DNA of 64,000 bases from an uncultured Oscillibacter sp. (GCA_910584075.1 CAJTZI010000005.1:958-64957); one strand, 5' to 3'; shown: positions 51,653-62,650, counted from the first letter of the stretch. The notes: generated from the letters alone by a model not told the origin. A program made the numbers and translations.

Positions 51653-52009
51653 TCAGGCGACCGCCTTCTTGGCGATCTCGGTCAGCTGGGTGAAAGCGGC
51701 GGCGTCGCTGATGGCGATCTCGGAGAGCATCTTCCGGTTGATCTCGATGCCGGCGGCCTTCAGGCCGTGCATAAAGGTGGAGTAGTTCATCCCGTTGAGC
51801 TTGCAGGCGGCGGAGATCCGGGTGATCCACAGGGAGCGGAAGTCACGCTTTTTCAGCCGACGGCCGGTGTAGGCGTAGGTCAGGGACTTCATGACCGCCT
51901 GGTTTGCCACGCGGAAATGCTTGGACTTGGAGCCCCAGTAGCCCTTGGCCATCTTCATGACCTTATTTCTTCTCTTGCGCGTCATCATCGCGCCTTTGAT
52001 TCTAGCCAT
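51653..52009 (-). CDS. rplT: 50S ribosomal protein L20
   Basis: [27 protein letters not shown]. Confidence 0.98.
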   Translation of the reverse strand: MARIKGAMMTRKRRNKVMKMAKGYWGSKSKHFRVANQAVMKSLTYAYTGRRLKKRDFRSLWITRISAACKLNGMNYSTFMHGLKAAGIEINRKMLSEIAISDAAAFTQLTEIAKKAVA

Positions 52010-52036
52010 TGTAAAAAGCCTCCTATTCTATACAGC

Positions 52037-52234
52037 TTACTTGTAGGGGATCATCTTGCGCACGGCGTCCATATTGGTGGCGTCCGCGTAGCCGCCGGCC
52101 CGCAGGCGGCGGGTGCGCTTGGTGTCCTTCTTGGTCAGGATATGGCTCTTGAAAGCCTTGGCGCGCTTCACCTTGCCGGTCTTGGTCAGGTTGAATCTCT
52201 TCTTGGCGCCGCTATGGGTTTTCAGCTTAGGCAT
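52037..52234 (-). CDS. rpmI: 50S ribosomal protein L35
   Basis: [14 protein letters not shown]. Confidence 0.98.
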   Translation of the reverse strand: MPKLKTHSGAKKRFNLTKTGKVKRAKAFKSHILTKKDTKRTRRLRAGGYADATNMDAVRKMIPYK

Positions 52235-52271
52235 AGTAAATTGCTCCTTCCGTTTGTTTGAAAATCCTTGG

Positions 52272-52790
52272 TTACTTGCCGCCCTTGGGGGAGAGGAAAA
52301 TGGACATCATTCTGCCCTCCAGCTTGGGGGCCTTGTCCAGATTGGCTGTCTCGGCACACTGCTCGGCAAACCGCTCCAGCAGGTCACGGCCAATGCTGGT
52401 ATGGGCCATCTCACGACCGCGGAAGCGGACGGAGACCTTTACGCGATTGCCGTCGGCGATGAACTTCTGCGCGTTTTTGAGTTTTGTGTTGAAGTCGCCA
52501 ATGTCAATGCCCGGAGACATCCGGATTTCCTTAATCTCCACCACATGCTGGTTCTTTCTGGCCTCTTTTTCCCGCTTGCTCTGCTCGAACCGGAACTTTC
52601 CGTAGTTCATCAGCTTGCACACCGGCGGAGTGGCCTGGGGTGAGATCTTGACCAGATCCAGGCCCTGCTCGTCAGCGATCCGCAGCGCCTCCGCAGAGGA
52701 CATGATTCCAAGCTGCTCACCCTGGGAGCCAATCAGGCGGACCTCTTTGTCATTGATGGCTTCATTCAGTTCATGCACTTGCTTACTAAT
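52272..52790 (-). CDS. infC: Translation initiation factor IF-3, probable ATT start
   Basis: [21 protein letters not shown]; SD GGAGGTG followed by an in-frame ATT at 52790. Confidence 0.95.
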   Translation of the reverse strand: MSKQVHELNEAINDKEVRLIGSQGEQLGIMSSAEALRIADEQGLDLVKISPQATPPVCKLMNYGKFRFEQSKREKEARKNQHVVEIKEIRMSPGIDIGDFNTKLKNAQKFIADGNRVKVSVRFRGREMAHTSIGRDLLERFAEQCAETANLDKAPKLEGRMMSIFLSPKGGK

Positions 52791-52814
52791 GGCCGAAACA
52801 CCTCCGTTCCAAAA

Positions 52815-52945
52815 ATCACAAAACGCGGATACCAAACCGGCACCCGCGCAACAACAAACTGCCTTCCGGCAGTCTGATTACAACGTTGTTGACCTCTTTG
52901 CCCATCTGGCTGGAGGTGAGGCGGATGCGTCGCCTTCTTTGTTTT
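52815..52945 (-). ncRNA. Ribosomal protein L20 leader
   Basis: AGAAGGCG..ATCCGCCTCACCT...AGGT and terminator GCGGGTGCC..GGTATCCGCGTTTT upstream of infC-rpmI-rplT; promoter TTGACA-N17-TATACT at 52982-52954. Confidence 0.75.
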
Positions 52946-53108
52946 GCTTGATTAGTATATCAGCGCTTCGCCGGTTTGTCAACAATTTTTTTCCACTGTT
53001 GAATATTTTTCGGCATTCCGGCAAAAATAACGCCTGTACGGGTGAAGGCGGCCCGTTCCGCTCTCATCCGCAACCGCATGGCAGAATTCCGAAAGGAGGT
53101 GTCCCCTC

Positions 53109-53207
53109 ATGTCTCAGAACAACCAGAACCAGGAACAGAACCGTCAGAACCAGCAGAATCAGCAGAACCAGGAGCAAAAGCGCAACCAGAAGGAAAATCG
53201 GAAGTAA
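53109..53207 (+). CDS. 32-aa Gln/Asn-rich microprotein
   Basis: SD AAAGGAGGTG; MSQNNQNQEQNRQNQQNQQNQEQKRNQKENRK; terminator immediately downstream. Confidence 0.7.
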   Translation: MSQNNQNQEQNRQNQQNQQNQEQKRNQKENRK

Positions 53208-53221
53208 CGCTTTCTCTCTTC

Positions 53222-53260
53222 AAGAAAGGCGCGGCGGAAAGATTCCGCCGCGCCTTTCTT
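53222..53260. terminator. Bidirectional terminator
   Basis: AAGAAAGGCGCGGCGGAA-AGA-TTCCGCCGCGCCTTTCTT. Confidence 0.85.
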
Positions 53261-53741
53261 ACGGCCTGCGGGGCGTCCGGCGCTTCTCCATCCACACAGA
53301 ACCGTGCTCGTCCGCCTCTCCGCTGCCGCGCATATAGGCGTATCCCAGTTTTTTGTAAAATCCGTGGGCTGTAACGGAAGAACTGAGCTCCACCCGCTCC
53401 GCCCGGAGGAAGATCTCATCCGCCTCCAGGGTCTCCAGGAGCTTCCGCCCCACACCTCTCCCCTGGCAGTCCGGCAGAACAAAGAGGGTCATGATACAGC
53501 TCTCCGTCTCGCTGCCGTGACAGCCGGAGATCGCGCCGCAGCCAACCACGGCCCCCTTCTCCTGCGCCACGTACATATGGGACTCCCCCGCCCGCCGCAG
53601 CACGCCGGCCGGGGAATAGAACTCCACCAGCTCCTCGATCTCCTCCGCCGAATAGTCCGGGCCATTGGTCACCCGCAGCGATGCGGCAATCATCCCGGAT
53701 GTCCCCTCCGCGTCCTCCGGGAGAAATCTTCTGATCAGCAT
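53259..53741 (-). CDS. GNAT acetyltransferase
   Basis: LFVLPDCQGRGVGRKL, AHGFYKKLGY. Confidence 0.9.
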   Translation of the reverse strand: MLIRRFLPEDAEGTSGMIAASLRVTNGPDYSAEEIEELVEFYSPAGVLRRAGESHMYVAQEKGAVVGCGAISGCHGSETESCIMTLFVLPDCQGRGVGRKLLETLEADEIFLRAERVELSSSVTAHGFYKKLGYAYMRGSGEADEHGSVWMEKRRTPRRP

Positions 53742-53898
53742 ATCCCTCTCCTCTCCTGTCTTGCAGCCGCCGGACGGCCTGTTCTCTTTTTGCAACTTTA
53801 TCACATGTCTGCTCCCATTGCAAGGACAGCTTGCCTTTTCCGCCGGACTGTGCTATCATGGGCACCGTGTCGAATTTCCCGGGAAAGGACCGTCCGCC

Positions 53899-54792
53899 AT
53901 GAAGCGTCACGAAAAACTCACCGGCTGTTTTTTTGCCATATTCACCGTCATCATATGGGGCTCCACATTCATCTCCAGCAAAAAGCTGCTGGTCTTCTAC
54001 ACACCTGCCCAGATCATGCTGACCCGATTTCTGCTGGCCTACTTCTCTTTGTGGCTCCTGCGTCCCCGGCGGCTGTCCCTCACGGGCAGACAGGAGCTTG
54101 TTTTTCTCCTGCTGGGCCTGACGGGCTGCTCCATCTACTTCTACACGGAAAACACCGCCCTGACCTATACCCTGACCGCCAATGTCAGCATCATCGTGGC
54201 TGCCGCGCCGGTCTTCACCGCCGTCATCGCCCACTTCACCGGGGAGGAGCGCTTCCGCAGGAATACGCTGTGGGGCTTTCTCATCGCCTTCACCGGCGTG
54301 GTGCTGGTGGTCTGCAACGGCACCTTTGTGCTGAAACTGAATCCCCGGGGCGACCTGCTGGCTCTATGCGCCGCCGGCAGCTGGGCGGTATACTCCGTGC
54401 TGCTACGCAGGACCAGCCATGGCATGGACGCGGTCCTGGTGACCCGGCGGACATTGTTCTGGGGCGCGCTCACCGCAGTCCCACTGGTACTGCTGGATGG
54501 CGTCCCCTACCCTGCCGCGCCGCTGCTGACGCCATCGGTTCTAGGCAATTTCCTCTTTTTGGGTCTTCTGGGCAGCGGCATCTGCTCCGTATTCTGGAAT
54601 CGGGCTTTTCACCTGCTGGGCGTGGTGTTTACCAACAACTTTATCTACCTGACCCCATTTATCACCATTGTCACGGCATGGGTCTTTCTCAAAGAGCCTA
54701 TCTCCCCTCTGGCCCTGCTGGGGGCGGGGCTGATCACTGCCGGAGTGGTCGCCGCCCAGATGGGGCCCAAGGAGAAAACAGCATCTGTCTGA
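53899..54792 (+). CDS. DMT/EamA transporter
   Basis: IWGSTF, about 10 TM, FIYLTPF, FLKEPI. Confidence 0.9.
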   Translation: MKRHEKLTGCFFAIFTVIIWGSTFISSKKLLVFYTPAQIMLTRFLLAYFSLWLLRPRRLSLTGRQELVFLLLGLTGCSIYFYTENTALTYTLTANVSIIVAAAPVFTAVIAHFTGEERFRRNTLWGFLIAFTGVVLVVCNGTFVLKLNPRGDLLALCAAGSWAVYSVLLRRTSHGMDAVLVTRRTLFWGALTAVPLVLLDGVPYPAAPLLTPSVLGNFLFLGLLGSGICSVFWNRAFHLLGVVFTNNFIYLTPFITIVTAWVFLKEPISPLALLGAGLITAGVVAAQMGPKEKTASV

Positions 54793-54795
54793 ATA

Positions 54796-55018
54796 ACGAG
54801 GCGGCGGGCCGATGGCCCGCCGCCTCAGCATATGGAAAAATATTTTTCCATATGCTGCTGTAAATTTTCAAAACTCCAAAAAGTTCTGAAAATTTGATCA
54901 TTTCAATAGCGCAGGAAACCCCTCTTGGGTTTCCCGCACACACCTCTTTCCTTTCCGTTGAAGAGGCCTCCAGCGTTTTTGGGCAGCACGAGGCGGCGGG
55001 CCGATGGCCCGCCGCCTC
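54796..55018. repeat. Two identical 31-bp palindromic direct repeats flanking a hairpin-rich 161-bp spacer
   Basis: ACGAGGCGGCGGGCCGATGGCCCGCCGCCTC at 54796-54826 and 54988-55018. Confidence 0.9.
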
Positions 55019-55024
55019 GCCACA

Positions 55025-56692
55025 TTACCAGGGAATAAACTGGATGTTGGCGTCCACCCGGCCCCCGATTCCGTCAATGGAACAGCTGCTGGTGAACTGC
55101 CAGTAGTCCATCTGATAGCGGATGGTGGGGTACAGCTTCTCCGAGGTGTCGCTCTTGTACTCTGGGTACCAGCTGAGATACGGAGCAATCGCTCCCTGGT
55201 CATACTTGATGTAGCTGACATAAGTTCCAGCGTAGATCATCGGCGTATATCCCGCCTCCGCAATCCGCTTGCAGAAGGCGACGGCACAGGCAGTGGCCAT
55301 CTCCGGCGTGGTGCCGTAGACCCGGTAGGTGGAGTTGTGCATCTCCCAGTCATAGGCCACTGGGCCGTTGATCTGGTGGTCCCTCAGCAACTCAATGACG
55401 AAATCCGCCTCCTCAATGGCCTCCTCCACGGTAATTGCCTGGGCGAAGAAGTAGACGCCTGTCTCGATGCCCGCTGCCATGGCCCCGTCGATGTTCCGGG
55501 CGTAGTAGGCGTCGGCGTTGATTCCTCCGGTGGAGTATCCCCGCAGGCCGATCCGCACCATGGCGAACTCCACGCCGTCGGCGGCCACGGCCTCCCAGTC
55601 GATGGTCTCATTCTCGCTGGCCCGGTTCTGGTAGGCGGATACATCGATGCCGAAGCGGGTGCGGAAACGGTCCCCTGTGTAGATCAGGCGGTCACCGGTG
55701 TCGTTCCACATGAAGTCCCCCTCGTAGAGCTGGATGGGCTCCGCGTCGGCGTAGACGGGGATCTGCCGCTTGTCATACTCAAAGGTCTCCCCGGTGGTGA
55801 TGCCCGGGGTGTAGACCTCGCTGGGCTGGATACCGGGCCCCGCCGGCGTCTCTGGCGTCTGGGTCTCCCCCGGCGGTATGAAGTCCGGAGGCACCATCTG
55901 GAGTACAGTGGGCTCCACGCCGCTGAAATTCCGGACCGCTCCCAAAACAGTCACGTTGTTCAGCGTCACCGGCCCGGAGACGCCGGGAGCCAGGATCAGA
56001 TCACCGGCGATGGTCATATCCGTCAGGGACGCGCCGCCCTCGGCGTTGATCATCAGCGTACCGCTGACGTCGCTGGAATAGTTCACGGTCTCCTGCACCA
56101 GCACCTGAATCATGTTGTTCAGGATATTGACGATCTCCGCCCGGGTGATGGGGGCCAGCGGACGGAAGCTGCCGTCCTGGCTGTCAGTGATGTACCCCCG
56201 GGCCGTCATCTCCGCCACGGGGCCCCAGGCATACTCTGCAAACTGCTCCGCGTCCAGATACGGCAGGTCCGCCGCCGCGGCGTCGATGCCGAAGGCCCGG
56301 GCGATCATGGTCACCGCCTGCTGGCGGGTGATGGTATCCGAGGGCAGCGCCTGTCCGTTGTTCCCAAGATAGATCCCGGCGGCATTGAGCTTGAGGACTG
56401 CCGACTCCCAGTAGGTTCCCGCCGTGTCGGAGAAGGTCTCCGCCGGGGCCTGGGCCTGGAACTTCAAAAAACGATCCAGAATTCCTGCAAAGGCCCCCCG
56501 GGTGATGGAGTTGTCCGGGCGGAAGGTCCCGTCCTCATATCCCTGGATAATCTGATAATCCTCGCTCCACTTGGCGATGGCATCCGCGGCCCAGTGAGCC
56601 TCGGTATCCACAAAGGCGGCGGAGACCGGAGTCATGGCCAGCGCCCCCGCCAGCGCCGCGGCCAGGAGGCGTTTTGGCAGTCGAATGTGCAT
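55025..56692 (-). CDS. S-layer homology protein with a C-terminal GH25 muramidase
   Basis: Signal peptide; SLH repeats (GYEDGTFRPDNSITR, ITRQQ, FRPLAPITRAE); GH25 motifs GIDVSAYQ, YDWE, WQFT, VDAN. Confidence 0.92.
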   Translation of the reverse strand: MHIRLPKRLLAAALAGALAMTPVSAAFVDTEAHWAADAIAKWSEDYQIIQGYEDGTFRPDNSITRGAFAGILDRFLKFQAQAPAETFSDTAGTYWESAVLKLNAAGIYLGNNGQALPSDTITRQQAVTMIARAFGIDAAAADLPYLDAEQFAEYAWGPVAEMTARGYITDSQDGSFRPLAPITRAEIVNILNNMIQVLVQETVNYSSDVSGTLMINAEGGASLTDMTIAGDLILAPGVSGPVTLNNVTVLGAVRNFSGVEPTVLQMVPPDFIPPGETQTPETPAGPGIQPSEVYTPGITTGETFEYDKRQIPVYADAEPIQLYEGDFMWNDTGDRLIYTGDRFRTRFGIDVSAYQNRASENETIDWEAVAADGVEFAMVRIGLRGYSTGGINADAYYARNIDGAMAAGIETGVYFFAQAITVEEAIEEADFVIELLRDHQINGPVAYDWEMHNSTYRVYGTTPEMATACAVAFCKRIAEAGYTPMIYAGTYVSYIKYDQGAIAPYLSWYPEYKSDTSEKLYPTIRYQMDYWQFTSSCSIDGIGGRVDANIQFIPW

Positions 56693-56733
56693 GTCGGCAG
56701 TTCCTCCCTGTCGAAATATGTCGGCACGAAATG

Positions 56734-56825
56734 AAAAAAACGCCGCGGCTCCGGAAAGAGCCGCGGTGTTATGTCACCTTTAGGCGCCGTTTCCTCATTA
56801 TACCGGAAAAATGACGCATGGTCAA
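56734..56825 (-). promoter_or_regulatory. sigmaA promoter followed by a leader terminator
   Basis: TTGACC-N17-TATAAT (56825-56797), then AACACCGCGGCTC..GAGCCGCGGCGTTTTTTT before the SD. Confidence 0.7.
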
Positions 56826-56938
56826 TATCTCTTTCCGGCTTAATCCTTCCAAACTTTCCGTTTTCAGGCAATCAACTCCACGTGTTCCGACTGCCGCCGT
56901 TTGCACCAGCAAATAAAAGTCCGTCAATCAAAAGGCCG

Positions 56939-57706
56939 TCAAAAACTGGTGAACAGAGCGTCCAGATAGGCGAACCGCCGGGGACCGTCGGTACCGGCCG
57001 CCGCATCGTGAATCACGTTGAAGACGATCACCGGCTCCGCGTCCCGCAGAATTGATTCCGCACAGGCCAAAAAAGCAGCAATCTCCGTCTCGTCCGCGTC
57101 TCCCTCTCTCTTGGGGCCCTCCCCCGCCGGGAAGAAAATCCGCTCCCGGGCGCGGTCCAAAACCGCGCCGTCCTGCCCCAGGGAGAACTGAGCCAGCTGG
57201 AAGTCTCCCCGGCCTGAGGCGGTATAGGGCGCGTACCACACGAGATAGTCCGCTTCCGCCTCCTTTTTCAGGTACAGTTCTCCCCACTGACTGTGCTCCG
57301 CGCCGCAGACGAACTCATAGATGGGCAGGACCTCTCCGTCTCGCCCCGCCCGCAGCACCGTCACCTGGGCCCGAGTAAAACTGCCGGCATCCAGCGTACC
57401 GCCGTGAAGCGGCGCGGGCTCTCCGGTCCGGCTGTTTTCCACCGTCAGGACCAGAAGCTCCTCCACGCCGTCGTGGGTCAGATCCGTGTAGACGGCGGAG
57501 CAGCTGGCCTCACTGTAACAGTCCATAAAGTATGTACGCAGGAGCTGGCGGGCCTCGTCCGCGTCCAGAACCGGCTCCGCCGCGGGCTTTGGCAGGCGGT
57601 CCTCCGCCATGCCCCAAAGCTGTCCCTCTTCCCATCGGGCCAGACCGAGGGCCAGCGCCGCGGCCAGAAGCATCCCGATCACACTCAGCGCGTGCCGTCT
57701 CTCCAT
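56939..57706 (-). CDS. Hypothetical membrane-anchored/exported protein
   Basis: N-terminal hydrophobic helix; DLTHDGVEEL loop; SD AGAGG. Confidence 0.7.
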   Translation of the reverse strand: MERRHALSVIGMLLAAALALGLARWEEGQLWGMAEDRLPKPAAEPVLDADEARQLLRTYFMDCYSEASCSAVYTDLTHDGVEELLVLTVENSRTGEPAPLHGGTLDAGSFTRAQVTVLRAGRDGEVLPIYEFVCGAEHSQWGELYLKKEAEADYLVWYAPYTASGRGDFQLAQFSLGQDGAVLDRARERIFFPAGEGPKREGDADETEIAAFLACAESILRDAEPVIVFNVIHDAAAGTDGPRRFAYLDALFTSF

Positions 57707-57803
57707 TCCATCATCCTCTGCCTATTATCTCTCTGTATTAAAGACGTTTGAAACGGCCAATTTGTTTCACCAATTTTCCAAGTTTGGAAAAACTCACAAA
57801 ATT

Positions 57804-59186
57804 TTAGCTTTCCCTTGTGGAAATAATTGATATTTTCACCCGCCACGGGAATTTGAAACGGCTCCTCTCCCGGGCCGGCTCATCCCGAAGGACGCTGCCG
57901 CCCCGGAACACGGACAGGACCAGACCGATCAGGACCATGTCGATTACCGTGTGGAGATTTCCCGAAACCAGCGGCAGATGAGACAGAAAAAACAGAAAGC
58001 CCAGATTCAGCGCGGCGCTGAACAGCGTCTCCAGTCCCAGGCTCAGCACCACCGCCAGCGCCGCCAGACGGCCCATCTGCTGCCTCTGCCGCAGGCAGCG
58101 GACCAGGAGCCAGACCAGCAGGGCCGTGATGGCCGCCATCAAGAGGAGATACGCCAGCCAGCCGAATTCCACCAGCAGTTTCACCGGTATGAACTCCTGG
58201 TCTATGTGAAACTCCGTATATCCCTTCTCTCCGCCAAGCAGACCGCCATACACTCTGCCGCCAAAGCCAATACCGATCCCAAAAGAGCCACTCCTCTCCC
58301 GGACCAGCGGGACATCCTCCAGGTACATCTTCAAAATCCAGCCCGCATATCCGCCATCCAGGGGTTCCAGCTCCGGATGAAGCGCGAGCCGCAGTCTCAT
58401 GAGAAAGCTCTCGCCGTATCCCATTCCAAAGAAGAGAGCCGGCATCCCTGCGGCCAGAACCAGCGCGGTTCCGGCAAATTTCCACCGGCCGGGGCCAAAC
58501 CAGCCCATCCCAATGGCGCACAGCAGCAGGATCAGGCCGCAAACCAGCAGAATAAACAGCCCAAAGGCGAAGGGAGCCAGCACTGCAAACAGCGTCAGAG
58601 GAATCCCTCCGGCAACGGCCCGAGCGAAGTTCCGCCAGCCGATTCCCCGGCAGCTGTACAGCCAGAGGGCATATACCACCGGATAGAGCAGAACAACGTA
58701 TCGCGTGTAATAGGCCGCATTGTTCACATAGGGAAGAAAGCATAGAGAGACGATCCCCGCTGCCAGCGCCCCGGCATAGATGACCCTGGGACAGCGGGCC
58801 AGAGAGGAGACATCCAGAAAATACATCCCCAGCAGCGCCGCTGTTCCCAGCACCAGCGCCAAAACTGTCACAGCAAAGCTGGAACAGGCAAACCCCACCC
58901 GGAAAAACGCTCCCACACAGGCCAGGGCGATGGTCAGTCCCAGCAGTCCCCACTGAGGCCGGGGACGGTGAAGCCGGTCCAGCTCCGTGCCCACGGATAC
59001 CGGGTCCCCCATCTCCTCTACCGCCAGCCGCTCGGCGTTCTCCAGGCCCTCCGCTGCGAAAGCGTCCCGCTGGTCCTCCAGATGGCGGCGCAGCTCCAAG
59101 GATACCACGGGCCGGGCCCGTCTCCAGCGGATCTGCTCCTCCACAGCCTCAATATACCCTTGAATGGTCTCATGCAAGGCAGGCAC
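57804..59186 (-). CDS. HAAS/permease-prefix domain plus FtsW/RodA-like membrane protein
   Basis: ELRRHLED...AVEEMGDP..VGTELDRLHRP N-terminal motif; multi-TM body; overlaps padR. Confidence 0.8.
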   Translation of the reverse strand: MPALHETIQGYIEAVEEQIRWRRARPVVSLELRRHLEDQRDAFAAEGLENAERLAVEEMGDPVSVGTELDRLHRPRPQWGLLGLTIALACVGAFFRVGFACSSFAVTVLALVLGTAALLGMYFLDVSSLARCPRVIYAGALAAGIVSLCFLPYVNNAAYYTRYVVLLYPVVYALWLYSCRGIGWRNFARAVAGGIPLTLFAVLAPFAFGLFILLVCGLILLLCAIGMGWFGPGRWKFAGTALVLAAGMPALFFGMGYGESFLMRLRLALHPELEPLDGGYAGWILKMYLEDVPLVRERSGSFGIGIGFGGRVYGGLLGGEKGYTEFHIDQEFIPVKLLVEFGWLAYLLLMAAITALLVWLLVRCLRQRQQMGRLAALAVVLSLGLETLFSAALNLGFLFFLSHLPLVSGNLHTVIDMVLIGLVLSVFRGGSVLRDEPARERSRFKFPWRVKISIISTRES

Positions 59187-59511
59187 CCCCTCTCAGCACC
59201 CGCCCCACAGCCTGGGCGTAAGCGTTCCACGCCGTCTCTTTCTCCCGCAGGGCCCCACGGCCCTGCTTCGTCAGGCGGTAGTACCGCCGGGGCTTCCCGG
59301 CGGCGGCCTCCCCCTGGTAGGCGGTCACCAGCCCCTTCTCCTCCAGGCCGTGGAGCAGGGGGTACAGCGTCCCGGCCTTCAAGTGAAAGGTGTCGTCGGA
59401 GCGGCGGCGCAGCTCATCGATCATCTGGTAGCCGTATTTGTCCCCGTCCTCCAGCAGCTTCAGCACCAGCATACCCATGCTGCCGCTGACCAGGCTCTTG
59501 TCCAGTTCCAT
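59170..59511 (-). CDS. PadR-family regulator
   Basis: YGYQMI, GTLYPLLHGLE, RRYYRLT. Confidence 0.95.
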   Translation of the reverse strand: MELDKSLVSGSMGMLVLKLLEDGDKYGYQMIDELRRRSDDTFHLKAGTLYPLLHGLEEKGLVTAYQGEAAAGKPRRYYRLTKQGRGALREKETAWNAYAQAVGRVLRGGACLA

Positions 59512-59525
59512 CTCGTCTCCTCCTT

Positions 59526-59570
59526 TATATCGATTGTCTATATAATATATTGGTAGTCGATATATGTCAA
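59526..59570 (-). promoter_or_regulatory. padR promoter with twin palindromic operators
   Basis: TTGACA-N17-TATTAT overlapped by TATATCGATTGTCTATATA and TATATTGGTAGTCGATATA. Confidence 0.75.
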
Positions 59571-59611
59571 GAAAAAGATGGACGGAATTTTCAATTCCGT
59601 CCATCTCTTTC
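59571..59611 (-). terminator. Terminator after the merR-like gene
   Basis: AGATGGACGGAATT...AATTCCGTCCATCT stem. Confidence 0.75.
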
Positions 59612-59635
59612 CACATGGCGGGTCAGCTGCCGGCC

Positions 59636-60451
59636 TCACTTCTTCCGCACAGGATAGCAGACCTCCGTCAAAAACTCGTCAGGATTCCGGGTGTCGTGGG
59701 GGCTGATGTGGTAGATCCAAAAGGCGGCGCCGTCAAAGGCCCAGTTGTTTTCCCTCACCCAAGCGGCCACGGCCTCAGTGGCCTCGGTCATCCGCTCGTA
59801 ACTGCCCCGCAGGGTAGCGGAGGCCACCTGCACCGCGGGAACTGTCTTGAACCTCACGTGCTCCGTGTCGGGGTACGTCCCTCTCACGGTCTTCTGAACC
59901 TCCACATCCACGTCGCTCTCCTTGTACTCGCCGTCGTAAAACACAGCGGTGCAGAGCACCGGGTCCCCGTCCTGGATGTTCATCCGGGCGGTCTCCTGGC
60001 AGAAGAGACCCCACAGGTCCCCCTCCCGGTCATAGCTGGGGATAATCTGCCGGACGCTGGCCACGGTCCGCTCCGGTATCGTCTTGATGGTCACATCGTA
60101 TTTCATCGTCTCGTCCTTTCTCAGCCGTTCCAGGGCTGTGTCCAGGAGCCGCAGACGCCCCTCCGCCTCCTCCAGCGCGGCAAGGGCCTCCGCCCGTTTC
60201 AGCCGCAGGCACCGCTCCAGCGATGCCGGATCGCCGTAGCAGTCCAGCACCTCGGTGATGGTGTTTTGTGTAAAGCCCATATCCCTTAATGCTGTGATTC
60301 GATTTGCTGTTGGAAGCTGGTACTCGCTGTAATAGCGGTAACCGGTGAAGGGATCGGTGGCCTCCGGGGTCAGGAGGCCGCTCTCGTCGTACTGGCGCAG
60401 CAGGCGGATGCTGATCCTGGACAGTTTTGAAAATTCGCCGATTTTCAGCAT
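59636..60451 (-). CDS. MerR-family regulator with GyrI-like effector domain
   Basis: KIGEFSKLS, TGYRYYS, coiled coil, TEVCYPV. Confidence 0.93.
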   Translation of the reverse strand: MLKIGEFSKLSRISIRLLRQYDESGLLTPEATDPFTGYRYYSEYQLPTANRITALRDMGFTQNTITEVLDCYGDPASLERCLRLKRAEALAALEEAEGRLRLLDTALERLRKDETMKYDVTIKTIPERTVASVRQIIPSYDREGDLWGLFCQETARMNIQDGDPVLCTAVFYDGEYKESDVDVEVQKTVRGTYPDTEHVRFKTVPAVQVASATLRGSYERMTEATEAVAAWVRENNWAFDGAAFWIYHISPHDTRNPDEFLTEVCYPVRKK

Positions 60452-60492
60452 GGCGTATCCTCCACATCGATGTGAATCTTGAGCTCAGGAAC

Positions 60493-60523
60493 AGCATACG
60501 CCCTCCCCCGGGGGGAGAGTCAA
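60493..60523 (-). promoter_or_regulatory. MerR-type promoter with 19-bp spacer
   Basis: TTGACT-N19-TATGCT with C-run/G-run dyad in the spacer. Confidence 0.8.
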
Positions 60524-60590
60524 GATGTATTTTAAAAAATTTTACGGCAGAACAAACTCCGCCCGCGCCAAAAGGCGCGGGCGGTCGGGA

Positions 60591-62432
<1,842 letters not shown>

Positions 62433-62499
62433 GATCAATCATCCTCCTGATTGTTGGTCAAAAGGACAAACGCGCAGGATTTGTCGCTCTCTCCGCGGC

Positions 62500-62650
62500 C
62501 GCGGCCTCTTTGTTTTGCGGTCGCCCGCATATTTCAAGGCCCGCGTCACGCGCCCGCGGGGCACGGAGGGACATCCGCCGAAACTTCGATCCTTCCCTCT
62601 CCTCGTCATCCTGTAAGATAATATAGCATTGCAGGAGCTGGCGCTTTTGA
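62500..62650 (-). ncRNA. glmS ribozyme
   Basis: AGCGCCAG...GACGAGG...ATCGAAGTTTCGGCGGATG core; P4-like GCGGGCGACCGC..ACAAA; predicted cleavage between 62645 and 62644; upstream of glmS. Confidence 0.92.

Noticed and set aside
54796-55018. Palindromic repeat pair as a mini-CRISPR
   Set aside because: Only two copies, a 161-bp spacer and no cas genes.
56770-56795. ANTAR dual-hairpin site in the SLH-GH25 leader
   Set aside because: AACGGC and AAAGGT loops are suggestive, but the closing stems do not pair cleanly.
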